From: Vulcanimicrobiota bacterium
GTDB taxonomy: Bacteria > Vulcanimicrobiota > Xenobia > Xenobiales > JADMJV01
DNA length: 64,000 bases
Assembly: GCA_050250895.1 (NCBI GenBank)
Contig: JBFWNU010000001.1
Location: forward strand, 384,001 to 448,000
Reading direction: 5' to 3'
Part shown: positions 8,347 through 21,000 of the stretch, in pieces
How positions within the stretch are numbered: the first letter of the stretch is position 1
How the letters are laid out: every line of letters begins with the position of its first letter
Notes under the pieces: model-generated
Databases searched by the model: none
Told to the model about the DNA's origin: nothing
Seen by the model: only the letters and a program-made list of their open reading frames with translations
Made by a program: the position numbers and the translations under genes

Positions 8347-11300
8347 TCATCTTCCCTCAGTCGGAACCAAACGAATCGAGAAGTCCTTCATCTCGTAGAT
8401 GGTCAACCCGTCGACCACGAGAAAGCCGTCGGCCTTCAAAGTGGGGTGAGGGTGTTCGCTGCTGTGACTGACGTAAGCTTCAACCACCACCTTCTTGTTG
8501 GAGGGAATAACCTGCCCTCGATAGACCCAGGTGTGAGGCTCGCCCACGGCGATGGGTTCGAAGCGGTGGGTGTTGCGGGACTGCGGCCAGCGGTCGAGAG
8601 CCACTACTTTGAGCAGTTGCAGAAAGGCTTCCAGCCCAAGCGAGCCGGGCCAGACCGGGTCTTGATAAAAGTGAGCCTTGAAGAACCACTCGTCGGGATT
8701 GACCGTCTTGCTACCGCGGATGAAGCCCAGACCCCTGGGCCCGCCCTGGGGCAAGTAAGCGTCGACCCGGTCCATCATCAACAAGGCTCCGCCGGGCATC
8801 GGCTCGCCAGCTACGGTGTTGGAGTCATCGGGATCGAGCGGGGCCAGGCGCGCCAACTCGAAAGAGCGGGCCGAGGCCAGTTGCTCGGCCGAGGGGGTCC
8901 AGACCCGCTCGCCAGCATCCCGCACACCCAGCTGATTGGACAAAGCAGCGCCGGTGAAGAAGCCAAAATAGGTGGTGCCTTCATAAAGCAGGCGGTCGCC
9001 GGCCAGCATCTGCATCTCGAAATTCTCGATGATCATGCCGCCCGCTTCCGAGACATCGGACATGCGCACCCGAACCCGCACCGTTCCGACGTCGGGAAAC
9101 AGCTCGTGATGCAGAGTGGCGGTGCCGCCCAAATTGCGAAAGTGGGTATCGACCCGGCTGCGCAGGGCCGAACCGACATAAGCGGCCAACCAGCCGCATG
9201 GCTGCAGGGCGGCCTCGAGCAGAATGCAATAAGCCATGGAACTCTGATGGTTTGCCTCGAAATACCAGGCATTCGGAGGGACATCATAGTGACTTTCGAT
9301 CCAGCCTCCGGATTGCAGCACGAAAGGGGGCTGGTTGACCTCGACCACCCGGTCCATGAATTGATAGGGAGGTCCTGGCAAGCGAGCGATGCGACGCTCG
9401 GAGTCAAAGACCGTATACGGCTCGCCAAACGCCAGCGAAGGCCGCCCGTTGGAGAACTCCATAATGGACTGTTTGTCGTAGAGCGCCTGCGGCTGAGGTT
9501 GGCTCTGCCAGAGGGCCTCGACCTCAGCCCGGGTTACCCCGGTCAGCTGCATCGACATGTCGACGAAGCGCACGATGGGCTTGCCGTCGCCGAACATGAG
9601 CGCATCGGCGATGACATAGGGAGCCGGGTTGTAGCCGATGGCCTTGATGTCGACCTGATAGACGACCTTTTTGGTGTCGACATCGACCGGCCCCCGGCAC
9701 TGGAGAGCGGCGGGGGTCTCGAGCACCGGCTCGAAGGCCACCTGTTCGACTTCCGCCAGCCAACCGATCCGGGCCAGCAGAAAGCGCAGAGTATGGGCGC
9801 AGCACTCATACATCAAGGTGCCGGGCATGACCATGTCGTCGACAAAGTGGCAGGTCAAGAACCAATCGTCGGGATGGATATCGGCCTCGGCCTGGATGGT
9901 GCCCAGGCCAAAGCGCCCGCCTCGAGGGTCCAGGCTCAACACGCGATCGAAAAGCTTCATGCGACCGTCGGGCAGACCGTAGGGCCGGCGCAGAGGCAGA
10001 TTGGCGAAGGCTGGTCCGAAACAGGCGGCCGGGTCGCCGCGGCGGAAAGCCGCCACTCGGGCATCGTCGTAGCTTTCGACTCCGCCCAGCGGAGCTAAAT
10101 CGCGCCAGTCGGCCTGGCGATGCCCGGCGGCCGGCTTGCGTTCCTCGGCGGTCAGCACGATGCCGCCCGAATTCTCGATCTCTTCATAGGTGAAGAAACC
10201 GGCGCAGCCGTTGCGCATGGTGATCAGCTTCTGGCCGTCGATGGTGCCGTCGAACTCGAAGAAGAACAGATAGACATCCCCCTGGCGCACGAAGCGGTCG
10301 ATGCGAATGTCATAGACGATCCGTTCACCCGGTTGGGGCAACCCTCGATGGAACTCGACGGTGGCGTCGAGCAGCCGATACATCCGATGGCCCCTGGTCC
10401 GCAGGTCGATGCCCAGGTAGGCCGATAGGAAGAGGTCGGCCTGGCCGGCTTCTACCGAAATACAGACCGGCGTGCGGCCGGCATCGAGATACCAGGCGTC
10501 GTGATGCACATCGTGCTCGGTCACCAGGCGGCCGCTACCCAGCGAGCCCGGCTCGCCCTCGACATGGGTGATACGATGGCACAGCATCAACGGCTCATCC
10601 GGCAAGCGCACGCGCGTGGGGTGATGGTCGACCTCGGCGAACTTGGGCCCGAGCACCTTGGCGATCGAGCCGACAGCGAACTCCATGCACTGATCGTAGT
10701 CCCAGAGGACATCATCGCGAGGAGCCTCCACCCGAACCTCGGGAGCGGTCAGGCTGGCCGGCAACTCACCCTCGCCGACCAGTTGAGCCAGTAGTTGGTT
10801 CTGCAACTCGACAGCCCGAGCCATGGCCTCGAGGGTCTCGCCCGACATGCGCAGGAAAGTCTGGTGGGCCTTGGCCGTAGCCGTCGAGGTTTCGAGCATT
10901 TGGGCGGCCAGCGGCTCGAGCGCCTGGGTGCTCACGGCAGCCGGCGCCGGACGGGTGGCCCGAGCGGCTGGCGGCGGCGCGACCGGAGTCGGGGTCGGGG
11001 CGGGTCGGCCGTTGGCCCGGCTGACCGGAGTCTGAGGAGCGATGGGCGTGGCCAACGGGGTAGGCAGATTCTTGCCTATGGGGACGGTGACCACTCCGCG
11101 AGACTCGGGCTCGGGAGCCAGTTCGGACAGATCGTAGAGAGGAGACATATCGATTTCCAATCCTTCGGCCGCGGCCGCGGCCAGCAACTTCAACAGGGTA
11201 AAGGTTTCCGGTTCCCCGGGTAGAGAGACCGACCGCGCCAGGTGCGGCCGGTCCCCCAGGATGCGGCCGACCATGCGAGCACACGAGCCGTGGGGTCCCA

Positions 11301-14300
11301 TCTCGAGGAAGATGCGAACTCCGTCGGCATAGGCAGCTTCGATGGTAGCCGCATAGTCGATGCCTTTGAGGGCATTATCCACAATGGATTGAGCGGCCCG
11401 CTCGGCGCTCGGCTCGAAGGCCTTGGCCCAGTTACCGCTATAAAAGCGCAAGCCCTGCTTGGGTGTGGTCTTGAGCAGATGAAGATCGTAATAGGCCTGC
11501 TTGACCGGCTCGAGTACGCGCGAGTGGACGGTGGTGATGCCCTCGAGATAGAAGGCGTCGCAACCGAGCTGCTCGACGGTGGCCGCCACGGCCGGCGCGT
11601 GACCGCCAATGACGCACTCCTCGGCGGTGTTGACGATGAGCAGGTCGCAGCCCTCGACCAGAGCCTGGCGAACGGCGGCGGCGGGGCGATTGACCACAGC
11701 CACCTTCCACACGAAGTCGGGCCCGAAGCGCTGCTTGGCGGCCAGACATTCGCCCCCCAGCTGGCGGGTGAAGAGATCCGAGTTCATGATGCGACCGAAC
11801 ATCACGTCGCGCTCGGTCCAGACGCCGCTCGAGAAGAGGCCGGCCGACTCGCCCAGCGAGTAGCCGATGACGGCCTGGGGCTCGAGACCAAACAGGTTGA
11901 CCACCCGGGTGGCCGTGATGCCGGCCATCACCTGTCCGAAAATGGGGGCGTGAGCGTCAGCCTCGATGGCGCGATTGGCCCGCTGCTGCCAGCCTTCGCC
12001 CCACTCTTGACGGTAGGGGACGATCAATTCGGGTACGGCGTGATCGGCCAGCCGGTCGGTGGTGGCGTCGAGCTGGCGAGCCACCTCGGGGAAAGCCACC
12101 ATCAACTGGCTGGTCATGCCGGCGAAGTGATTGCCCGAACCAGGATAGAGAAACGCCACCTGGCCCTTCAGCGGCTCAGGCGAATAGAAGACTCCCGCCT
12201 GGCCCTGCCGGCGTTCGCCTTTGGCGACGGCCAGGCGAGCCTGCTCGATGGCCAGCTCGAGTTCTTCGACGGTGCGGGCAACCAGGGCCAGCGGTCTCTT
12301 CGGCTGGCGGCGGTGGCCCTGATGCCAGCTGCGGGCCCGTAGCTGCAGCTCGCCCTCGAGTCGAGCCAGCTGGTCGAGTTCGGTGATGTCCAGCCAGAAC
12401 AGGGCCGCCCGGGGAGCACCGGCGGGGCAGAGGTGGGCGCTGGGGGCATCACGCCCCTCGAGCACCACGTGATAGGCCTCGCCCTGGCCGTTGACGCTCG
12501 AAACCCCGGCCAATCGCGGTCCATCCTGGCGGTTGCGATACCAGAAGCTCGCCTGGCGCGGAAAATGAATGTGAGCCGGCCAGTTCTGGGCCGGCCGCTC
12601 GAAGCCGGGCAGGGGCGGCAGCAGCGACTCTTGCAAACAGCCCACCGCTTTGGCCAGCGAGGCCAGCCCGGAGACGGCCCCGGTCTGGCCCACGAAAGGG
12701 GTGACCGAGCCCAGCGCCAGGGGCAGGCCCGCTCCGAAAAAGCGACTCAGCTCGCCGGCCTCGTAGGCGTCTTCGTCGGCGTCGCCGGTAGCGGCCGCCT
12801 CGACCAGACTGACCCGTCCCGGGTCGACGCCGGCCTCGGCGTAGGCTCGCTCGAGCGCCAGCTGGTAAGCCCCGGATCCGCTGCCAGCGCCCATTCCGCG
12901 CACCACGGCCAGCACCTGGTCGCCAGCGCGTTCGGCATCAGCCAGACGCTTGACCACCAGGGCTACCGCTCCCTCGCCCACGGCCGAGCCCGTGGCCTCG
13001 GCCGCGAAGGGCTTGACCTTGCCGTCGGGAGCCAGGCGTCGCCGCTGGTGCGCGGCCAGCACGGCCCGGGGGTCTCCGGCCAGGTCGACCGCCCCCACCA
13101 GGCAGGTGTCCAGTTCGCCCTTCTGCAGCGCCCGAACGGCTACTTCCAGCGCCCGAATCCCCGACGCCTCGCCGGCCGAGATGGCAAAGCTCGGCCCGCC
13201 CACCGCCAGTTCGCGGGCCAGGCGGCTGGCCACGATACTGCCCAGCGCCCCCAGTGTGCGCGTCGAATCCAGCGGCGGCGAGGCGCTTTGGCGCAGCTTT
13301 TCTCGCTCCTCGGCGGTGGCCTGGGCTCCCCACTGCTCGATGAGGGCGTCAACAGCCCAGCGCAAATGAAAGTTGGTGGTATCGGCGTCGAGATTGATGC
13401 CGATGACGGCTCCGGCTCGGGCTTTGGGAGCGCGATCAAGACCCGCTTGCTCGGCCGCCTGGGCGGCCACCTCGAGCATGAGAAGCTGCTGGGGCAGGCT
13501 CGACGGAATATCGCTAGGAGGCAGGCGGAACTTGCCCACCGGGATCTCGAGCTGGTCGATGTAGGCCCCCGGCGTGTCGATGGGGCCCAGCGGATTGCCG
13601 TTCCAGCGAGTGGCCGGCCGAGCTTCGATGGCCGAACCGCCCGCGAAGACGGTCTGCATGAACTGGTGCTGGGTCTTGAGCTTGCCAAAGCGACTGGCCA
13701 CGGCCACGATGGCCACCGGGGCCGAGGGCTCTGGCTCGACCGCCACGGGCTGCTGACCCACCCACTCTTCCACCAGCACGTGGGCGTTGATGCCGCCAAA
13801 GCCGAAGGCCGAAACGGCGGCTCGCCTGGGGTGGCCGGGGTCGGCCCACGGCTCGGGTTCGGTCTGCACCTTGAACGGCCCACCCTCGAGGCTGATGTCT
13901 TTACCCGGCTGAGAAAAATTGATCATCGGCGGCAAAATCTGGTCGCGAAGCGCCATCAGGACCTTGATCAGTCCGGCGGCGCCAGCCGCCGTCAACAAGT
14001 GACCGATCATCGATTTGACCGAGCCCAGCGAACACTGGCCGGGGCGGAACGGTTCGTCCTGCCACAGGGCGCGCAGGCTCTCGATCTCGATGCGATCGCC
14101 CATGGGTGTACCCGTACCGTGGCACTCGATCAACTCGACGTCGTTGGGGCGCCAGCCGGCCTGGGCATAGGCGTCGCGCATAGCTCGTAACTGTCCCTCG
14201 TGAGAGGGTGCCAGCAGGCTACCTCCCAGATCGTTGGACAGTCCGATGCCGCGCAGCAGGCCATAGATCGTGTCGCCGTCGCGCAGGGCGTCCTCGAGCC

Positions 14301-15075
14301 GCTTGAGCACGACCACGCCCGCCCCCTCTCCCACCACCAGGCCATCGCCTTTGCGGTCGAAGGGAGAGCAGTGGCCGGTGGGAGACAGCGCTCCCAGGGC
14401 GGTAAAACCCATCTGGGTGTAAAGACAATCGGGACGGCTAACCCCGCCAGCCAGCATGGCGTCGGCCCGACCGGCCTCGAGTTCGTCGCAGGCCAGCTTG
14501 ATGGCGTAAAGTGACGAGGCGCAGGCGGCGTCGAGGGTCAAGCTCGAGCCGCCCAGGTTGAGGCAGCGGGCCACCAGCGCGGCCGGCAGTCCTACCACAT
14601 CGAGGTTGGCCGGGTGCACCGGCCGGGGCGGACTTTTGGCCTGGCCGGTCAGGTTGCCCTCGAGAGTGGGTGAAAACAGTTGCTGGGTGAGCTCTGATGA
14701 GCGGTCGGTGGGTAGCGCGATAGAGGCCAGCATCACTCCGATGCGGCGGCGGTCGAGGTTTTTGGTGACCGCCTCGCCGAGCGCCGTGGCCGAGGCCACC
14801 AGAGCCAGCGAATAAACAGGGTCGAGTTGCTCGAAATCGATGCCGAACGGAGTGGGGTCGACGGCAAAGGGCTCGACCAAGCAAGCCCGGGTCGAGGCCA
14901 CCCGGTCAGCCCCGGGCCGGGCCACCGCCTGGGCGGGATCCATCACCCAACGCTCGGGGGGCACCTCTCGCGTAGCGTCAAACCTCGCCAGGATGTTCTT
15001 CCAGAGTGTCTGTGGCGAATCGGCCCCGGGGAAGATCCCCCCGAGGCCGACCACCGCGATGGGGCTTTTCGGCAT
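8347..15075 (-). CDS. pfaBC: PUFA-synthase PfaBC/Pfa3-like protein: KS-CLF-AT-(FabA-type pseudoDH-DH)x2
   Basis: DAACASS, ECHGTGT and GHLL (KS); second KS-like domain lacks Cys (SAGEASG); YPGSG and GYSLGE (AT); WFLTCHFVDDMVMPGTL and WFFKAHFYQDPVWPGSLG (DH). Confidence 0.9.
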   Translation of the reverse strand: MPKSPIAVVGLGGIFPGADSPQTLWKNILARFDATREVPPERWVMDPAQAVARPGADRVASTRACLVEPFAVDPTPFGIDFEQLDPVYSLALVASATALGEAVTKNLDRRRIGVMLASIALPTDRSSELTQQLFSPTLEGNLTGQAKSPPRPVHPANLDVVGLPAALVARCLNLGGSSLTLDAACASSLYAIKLACDELEAGRADAMLAGGVSRPDCLYTQMGFTALGALSPTGHCSPFDRKGDGLVVGEGAGVVVLKRLEDALRDGDTIYGLLRGIGLSNDLGGSLLAPSHEGQLRAMRDAYAQAGWRPNDVELIECHGTGTPMGDRIEIESLRALWQDEPFRPGQCSLGSVKSMIGHLLTAAGAAGLIKVLMALRDQILPPMINFSQPGKDISLEGGPFKVQTEPEPWADPGHPRRAAVSAFGFGGINAHVLVEEWVGQQPVAVEPEPSAPVAIVAVASRFGKLKTQHQFMQTVFAGGSAIEARPATRWNGNPLGPIDTPGAYIDQLEIPVGKFRLPPSDIPSSLPQQLLMLEVAAQAAEQAGLDRAPKARAGAVIGINLDADTTNFHLRWAVDALIEQWGAQATAEEREKLRQSASPPLDSTRTLGALGSIVASRLARELAVGGPSFAISAGEASGIRALEVAVRALQKGELDTCLVGAVDLAGDPRAVLAAHQRRRLAPDGKVKPFAAEATGSAVGEGAVALVVKRLADAERAGDQVLAVVRGMGAGSGSGAYQLALERAYAEAGVDPGRVSLVEAAATGDADEDAYEAGELSRFFGAGLPLALGSVTPFVGQTGAVSGLASLAKAVGCLQESLLPPLPGFERPAQNWPAHIHFPRQASFWYRNRQDGPRLAGVSSVNGQGEAYHVVLEGRDAPSAHLCPAGAPRAALFWLDITELDQLARLEGELQLRARSWHQGHRRQPKRPLALVARTVEELELAIEQARLAVAKGERRQGQAGVFYSPEPLKGQVAFLYPGSGNHFAGMTSQLMVAFPEVARQLDATTDRLADHAVPELIVPYRQEWGEGWQQRANRAIEADAHAPIFGQVMAGITATRVVNLFGLEPQAVIGYSLGESAGLFSSGVWTERDVMFGRIMNSDLFTRQLGGECLAAKQRFGPDFVWKVAVVNRPAAAVRQALVEGCDLLIVNTAEECVIGGHAPAVAATVEQLGCDAFYLEGITTVHSRVLEPVKQAYYDLHLLKTTPKQGLRFYSGNWAKAFEPSAERAAQSIVDNALKGIDYAATIEAAYADGVRIFLEMGPHGSCARMVGRILGDRPHLARSVSLPGEPETFTLLKLLAAAAAEGLEIDMSPLYDLSELAPEPESRGVVTVPIGKNLPTPLATPIAPQTPVSRANGRPAPTPTPVAPPPAARATRPAPAAVSTQALEPLAAQMLETSTATAKAHQTFLRMSGETLEAMARAVELQNQLLAQLVGEGELPASLTAPEVRVEAPRDDVLWDYDQCMEFAVGSIAKVLGPKFAEVDHHPTRVRLPDEPLMLCHRITHVEGEPGSLGSGRLVTEHDVHHDAWYLDAGRTPVCISVEAGQADLFLSAYLGIDLRTRGHRMYRLLDATVEFHRGLPQPGERIVYDIRIDRFVRQGDVYLFFFEFDGTIDGQKLITMRNGCAGFFTYEEIENSGGIVLTAEERKPAAGHRQADWRDLAPLGGVESYDDARVAAFRRGDPAACFGPAFANLPLRRPYGLPDGRMKLFDRVLSLDPRGGRFGLGTIQAEADIHPDDWFLTCHFVDDMVMPGTLMYECCAHTLRFLLARIGWLAEVEQVAFEPVLETPAALQCRGPVDVDTKKVVYQVDIKAIGYNPAPYVIADALMFGDGKPIVRFVDMSMQLTGVTRAEVEALWQSQPQPQALYDKQSIMEFSNGRPSLAFGEPYTVFDSERRIARLPGPPYQFMDRVVEVNQPPFVLQSGGWIESHYDVPPNAWYFEANHQSSMAYCILLEAALQPCGWLAAYVGSALRSRVDTHFRNLGGTATLHHELFPDVGTVRVRVRMSDVSEAGGMIIENFEMQMLAGDRLLYEGTTYFGFFTGAALSNQLGVRDAGERVWTPSAEQLASARSFELARLAPLDPDDSNTVAGEPMPGGALLMMDRVDAYLPQGGPRGLGFIRGSKTVNPDEWFFKAHFYQDPVWPGSLGLEAFLQLLKVVALDRWPQSRNTHRFEPIAVGEPHTWVYRGQVIPSNKKVVVEAYVSHSSEHPHPTLKADGFLVVDGLTIYEMKDFSIRLVPTEGR

Positions 15076-15077
15076 CG

Positions 15078-18000
15078 TTACGGAGTGGCCAGGACTTTCT
15101 TGGCAAAAGCTTTGCGCAGGTTTGCGTCAGCGGTCCACTCGACTCCTTCGAAACTGGCCACCACCTCGCCGGCGGCGTCGGTCAGATAGACATTGGCCGA
15201 CATGCGGTGAGCCGAGTGGCTGCTCACCCGCAAGATGGCCCGGGCTCCCTCGCGGGGGAAGCGGCGCCGGTATTGGCGGTAACGCGCTCCACCGTTGGGC
15301 AGCGAAGGCTTCTCCATCTGCTCGATGCACCACAAAATGCCCAACTGGAGGATGCTGTCTACCACCAGCGGGTCGGTCAACCACTCGCTGCGCACCGGGT
15401 CGAGCACCCACTTCGAGGGTTTCGGAGCCGCCTTGAGGTCGGCCACCAGACCTTCGTCCGAGATGCCTTCCACGGCCTTGATACCCTGGAAGTGACTGCC
15501 GTGGAAAAGCAGCTTGTCGTAGATCTGACCGGGTTCGTAAGGGTAGGCCTGCGAAGCCAGCCCGTTGACCGGCTCGAGCGTCGGAGCGCTGGGCAGATCG
15601 GGGGCCAACAAGACGGTTCCTCGGGCGTGCAGAATATTGCGGGTCTGGTCGCGCAGCTCGACTTCGACGCGGAAGCCGTCGCCATCAGGGACCAGTTCTC
15701 CGGCCGAGACCGCGATGGTCGGCTCGACGCCGTTCTCTAAGGCCAGACCGCGCAAGACCCGCAGGTCTTCGATACCGAAGAAGCGCAGACCGATGTTGCC
15801 ATGCAGGGCCGCGTGGGCGAACCACTCGAGAATGACGGCCACCGGCAGCACCGGTCGTCCGCCGATCACGTGCGACTCCAGGAAGGGGAAGTTCTCGGTC
15901 GAGAGCTTGCGCTCGAGCACCGGCGAAAGAGTACTGGCGGTGGCCGTCAAACGCGGGGCGGGACGCTCGGGCTCGGGAAAACCGTCGCCGATGAGCACCT
16001 CGATCTCGTCCTTGGCCGGGTGCGAAAGCTCCTTGACCAGAGCCTGCGCCCCACCGTCTAACGGAATCAGGCCCACACCCAGGCGCTCGAACTCTTTCTT
16101 GAGCCCGGGAGTGACCATGCCGCCCTCCCACGGACCCCAGCACATCGAGGCCACTTTGCAATCGGGGTTCTGACGAGCATACTGCTGGGCCACCTTATTG
16201 AGAACCTCGTTGGCCATGCAGTAGTCGAGCTGACCCGGGCGCCCGAAGCGCGAGGTCACCGAGCTGAACAGCACCAGGGCCTTGAGGTTCTTGGTCAAGT
16301 CGAGCAGATTTCGCAGACCGCTCACTTTGGTGTCAAAGACCGAGTCGAATTGCTCGGGAGTCTTGTCTTCGATACGACGGTCGGCCAGCACTCCGGCCCC
16401 GTGCACGACACCCTTTACCGGGCCAAGCTTGGTATCGGCCAGCACCTTCTTGACCGCCTTGCGGTCACGAATGTCGACCGAACGATATTCTGCTTTGCTG
16501 CCGGCCTGTTCGAGAGCGGCCAGGGTCTGGCGAATCTCGCGGTTGGCCATATGCGAGCGGTAAGACTGTTCGAGTTCGACCGGGGTCGCTTTGCCGTTGA
16601 ACTCGCGGGCCAGCAAGGTCTTCTTGATAGCGGCCGCGTCGGTCAGCCCGGCCAACCACTCAGGCTCGGCACTGGGCACTTCCGAGCGACCCAACAACAT
16701 GAAGTTGGGTCGGACGGCTTTGGCCAGGGCGATGGCCGTGTGGGCCGTTACGCCCCGGGCCCCGCCGGTGATCACCACCAGGTCCCCCTGGCCCAGAGCC
16801 GGCGGGCCGGCCTCGGTGGCTACCGAATCGATGACCAGACCCAGGCGCCGGTCAGGCTGTAGGCCCACCTCGATGGGACCATCCAGACACAGCTCGCTCA
16901 CCACGGCTTCGCCGTCGATTTCGCGAGCCACGTCCAGAGCCCGAACCCAGACTTCAGGCCACTCGTGGGCCACCGTCTTGGGCAGCCCGGCCAGGGCGCC
17001 GGCGAGAGGGTCGAAACTCTTGGCGGCCATGCCGAAGGAGCCATCGGTGCGCGACACGGTCACCAGCATGCCCTTGGTCTCGCGCAGGCTCTTGGCCGCC
17101 TGCTTGGTCAGCAAGAAAGCCTGCTTGAGAAACTTCTCGGTTGCTTCCCACTGGCCGCCGTTGGCCACCAGGATCAAGCCCGACAGGTCACCGGGCAGGT
17201 CGCCCTGGACCACTTCGGCCTTGAGGCCGCGGCCTTTGAGGGCGGCCACGATCGACTCGCCCAATCCGGGCTGGTCCTCAGCCACGGCTAACACGCCCCG
17301 GGTGACCGGAAATCCCATCATCTGTCCGGCCTCGAGTTGGACCGCCCGCAACACCTTGCGTCCCAGTGGCCTGGCCGGCGCGGCGGCTTGAGCCACGCCG
17401 TTGCTGCCGTGGCCCAGGGCGCCCAACACCTGGCGCAGACTGCGCAGGCTGCCCATCTGGTCGGCGGCCACCTTGGGCAGACCGGGAATGGCCTCTTCGA
17501 CGGCAGCCAGGATCTCGACTCGCTTGATCGAGTCGATGCCCAGATCGGCCTCGAGGTCCATGTCGAGATTGAGCATCTCCACCGGATAACCCGTCTTCTC
17601 GGCCACCACGCTCAAGAGCACGTCTTGAGTCTGGTCTGCCGGTTCTTGAGTCGGGGCCGGGCCCACGCCCAGCACCTCGACGATCTGACCGAGAGTGCGC
17701 AGACTGCCCATCTGGTCGGCGGCCACCTTGGGCAGGCCGGGGATGGCTTCTTCCACCGCCGCCAGGATCTCGACCCGTTTGATCGAGTCGATGCCCAGAT
17801 CGGCCTCGAGATCCATGTCGAGGTTGAGCATATCCACCGGATAACCCGTCTTCTCGGCCACCACGGTCAACAACGTGGTCGTCACACCTGTGGCCACGGG
17901 GGCCGGCTGACTGGCGACCGCGGTCACACCGGGGCTCACGCCCAGCACTTCCACGATCTGACCCAGGGTGCGCAGCGAGCCCATCTGGTCGGGTGCCACC

Positions 18001-21000
18001 CTGGGCAGACCCGGCACGGCCTCTTCGACCGCCGCCAGGATTTCGACCCGCTTGATCGAGTCGATGCCCAGATCCGCCTCGAGGTCCATGTCGAGATTGA
18101 GCATGTCCACTGGATAGCCCGTCTTCTCGGCCACTACGCCCAACAGCGTCGTGGTCACACTCGTGTCCACTGCCGACCGGTTAACCGGGTGGGCCATCAC
18201 GGGGCTGACCCCCAGGACTTCGACAATCTGGCCCAGGGTGCGCAAGGCTCCCATCTGGTCGGGCTCGACCCGGGGCAGTCCCGGCACGGCCTCTTCGACC
18301 GCAGCCAGAATCTCGACTCGCTTGATCGAGTCGATGCCCAGATCGGCCTCGAGGTCCATCTCGAGGTTGAGCATATCCACCGGATAGCCCGTCTTTTCGG
18401 CCACCACGCTCAGCAGGGTGGTGGTCACCCCGGCATCCACGGCCGCCGGTCGAGTCGCCGGCTGAGCCATCGAAGGACTAGCGCCAAGGGCCTCCACGAT
18501 CTGGCCGAGCGTGCGCAAGGCGCCCATCTGGTCGGGCTCGACCCGGGGCAGACCCGGCACCGCCTCTTCGACGGCAGCTAGAATCTCGACCCGCTTGATC
18601 GAGTCGATCCCCAGGTCGGCCTCGAGGTCCATGTCGAGATTGAGCATCTCGGCCGGATACCCCGTCTTCTCGGCCACCACTGCCAACAGGGTCGTAGTGA
18701 CCCCCGAATCGGCCTGCTTGGTGATCGGTTGGGCGGCCGGAGCAGCCGCCCCCAGCTTGTCGACAATCTCGGCCAGCGTGCGCAAGCTGCCCATCTGGTC
18801 GGGCTCGATGCGCGGCAGACCCGGCACCGCCTCTTCCACTGCGGCCAAAATCTCGACCCGCTTGATCGAGTCGATACCCAGATCCGCTTCGAGGTCCATA
18901 CCGAGATGGAGCATATCCACCGGATAACCCGTCTTCTCGGCCACCACCGCCAGAATCGTCTGAGCGACCTTATCCCCCGCCGCCGCCGGCTTAGCCACCG
19001 GCGCAGCCTTCACCACGGGCACAGACTTCGACGCCACGGCCACCACTGGAGCGGGCGCAACCGTCGCAGCCTTCGCCACTACCGTCTTCCGACTACCGTC
19101 TACCGTCTGACTCGCCGTCTGACCTACCGTCTGGCCCACCGTTTGACTGGGCGTCTGGCCCATCATCTGAGCCACCAAACTCTGCTGGCCCTCGACCATC
19201 TTCTGGAAAGTGCGCTGAGCTTGCTCTTGCCCCTCCAAGAAGCGCTGATGGGCCTCGGCGGTTTGCTGAGCCATCGCCTGCATCGCCGACAAAGTCGATT
19301 GCACGCTCTGGAAAGCATCCTGGAACACCTGGCTATTCACCGCCGACGGAGCCGGCGCAGCCACTTTGGCAGTCACCACGGGCGCCTTCGGCGCCGCTAC
19401 CGTCTGACTCGTCGCCGGCCGACTACCGTCTACCGTCTGACCCACCGTCTGACTGACGGTCGGAGTTGCCGGAGCAACGGCCTTCTTCGGCCGCGGCGGG
19501 ATCGGTTTGCGGGGGGCGCGATAGTTGGCGCCGCTGATGGGAATCTCCATCCGCTTGAGGCGAGCGGGTTTGGGCTCTTTCTCCCAGGCGGTCAAGTTGA
19601 CCGGCAATCCCAGGGCGGCCAGTTCGGCCAGAGCCCGGGCCAGGTCGACCAGGGAGCGCTTCTTGCCCTGGCTGGCATCGAGGGCCACGGCCACATGCTC
19701 TTTGTCGCCCAAAATGGCCGGAACCAGACGACTGAGAACCCGTTTCGGCCCGACTTCGATGAAGACGCGAGCGCCGTCGGCGTGCATCTTCTCGATCTGA
19801 GCCACGAAATGAACGTCGTTGACCAACTGGTCCGCCAGCAGGTCTTTGGCCTTCTTCTCGGCGCTCGGATAAGCCCTGGCCGTCATGTTGGCATAAACCG
19901 GTAGATTGGCTTTCTTGAACTTGATCGAGTTCATACCCTCGCGGAAAGGACCGCGAGCTCCGGCCACCAGCGGGCTGTGGAAAGCGGCCGCCACCTGCAG
20001 GGCGATGACCGAGAAGCCGGCCTCTTTCATGATGGGACCGGCTTTGGCGATCTCTTCTTTCGAGCCCGACAGCACGCCCTGGGTAGGGCTGTTACGATTG
20101 GCCAGCTTGAGGTCGAGCTTAGCCTTCTTGAGCGCCTCTTCGACCTGCTCGAGGGGACCGGTCACGGCCAGCATGGTGCCCAAATCGTCACCCAGGTTGG
20201 CCATCAGGCTGCCGCGCAGGCGCGAAAGCTCGGCCAGGGCCGCCTCGTCGAACACACCGGCGGCGTGCAAGGCCACCAGTTCGCCATAGCTGTGACCGGC
20301 GGTGAATTCGGGGGTCACGCCAAAACGTTCGAGAATGCGATACATTCCCAGGCTGATGGCGCCCAGGGCCGGCTGAGCCATGTCGGTGCTGGTCAGCTCG
20401 GCCTGCTGTAGCTTCTGGTCGGCCTTCGAGAAGGTCGGGATGGGATAGATCTTCTGTGGAATCGGCTCGCCCATAGCGTGCAGCGACTCGAGCATCTCGG
20501 GGAAGATGCAGGCCAGCTCGCGAGCCATGCCCACGTACTGGCTGCCCTGCCCGGGGAAGAGAAAAGCCACCGGTCCGGGGGCCGGACCCTCGCCGTAGAA
20601 CTCGGGATTCTGGCCAGCCTCGAGCTTCTCCTTAGCTGCCTTGAGCCGTGCCTGGAACTTACCCGCCTCGACCACCAGCACTAGCCGGCAGTGATGGTCG
20701 GCTTTGAAGTTCTGGCGCGAGGTGTGAGCGGCTCGGGCCAGCTCGTGGCTAGCTTTGAGTTCGCTTTCGAGCTGGGCGATCAGCTCGGCCCGCGTAGCTG
20801 CCGAGTAGGCTACCAACTCGAGGGAATTATCCCATGAGGGTTGAGCCTTCTTGGCGTCATGCTCTTCGAGCACGGTATGGAAGTTGCTGCCGCCAAAGCC
20901 GAACGACGACAGAGCGGCCCGGCGCGGATGCTGGCTATTGGCCAGCCAGGGGCGGGCTTCGGTGTTGAGATAGAAGGGGCTATCCTCGATGCCCAGCTTG

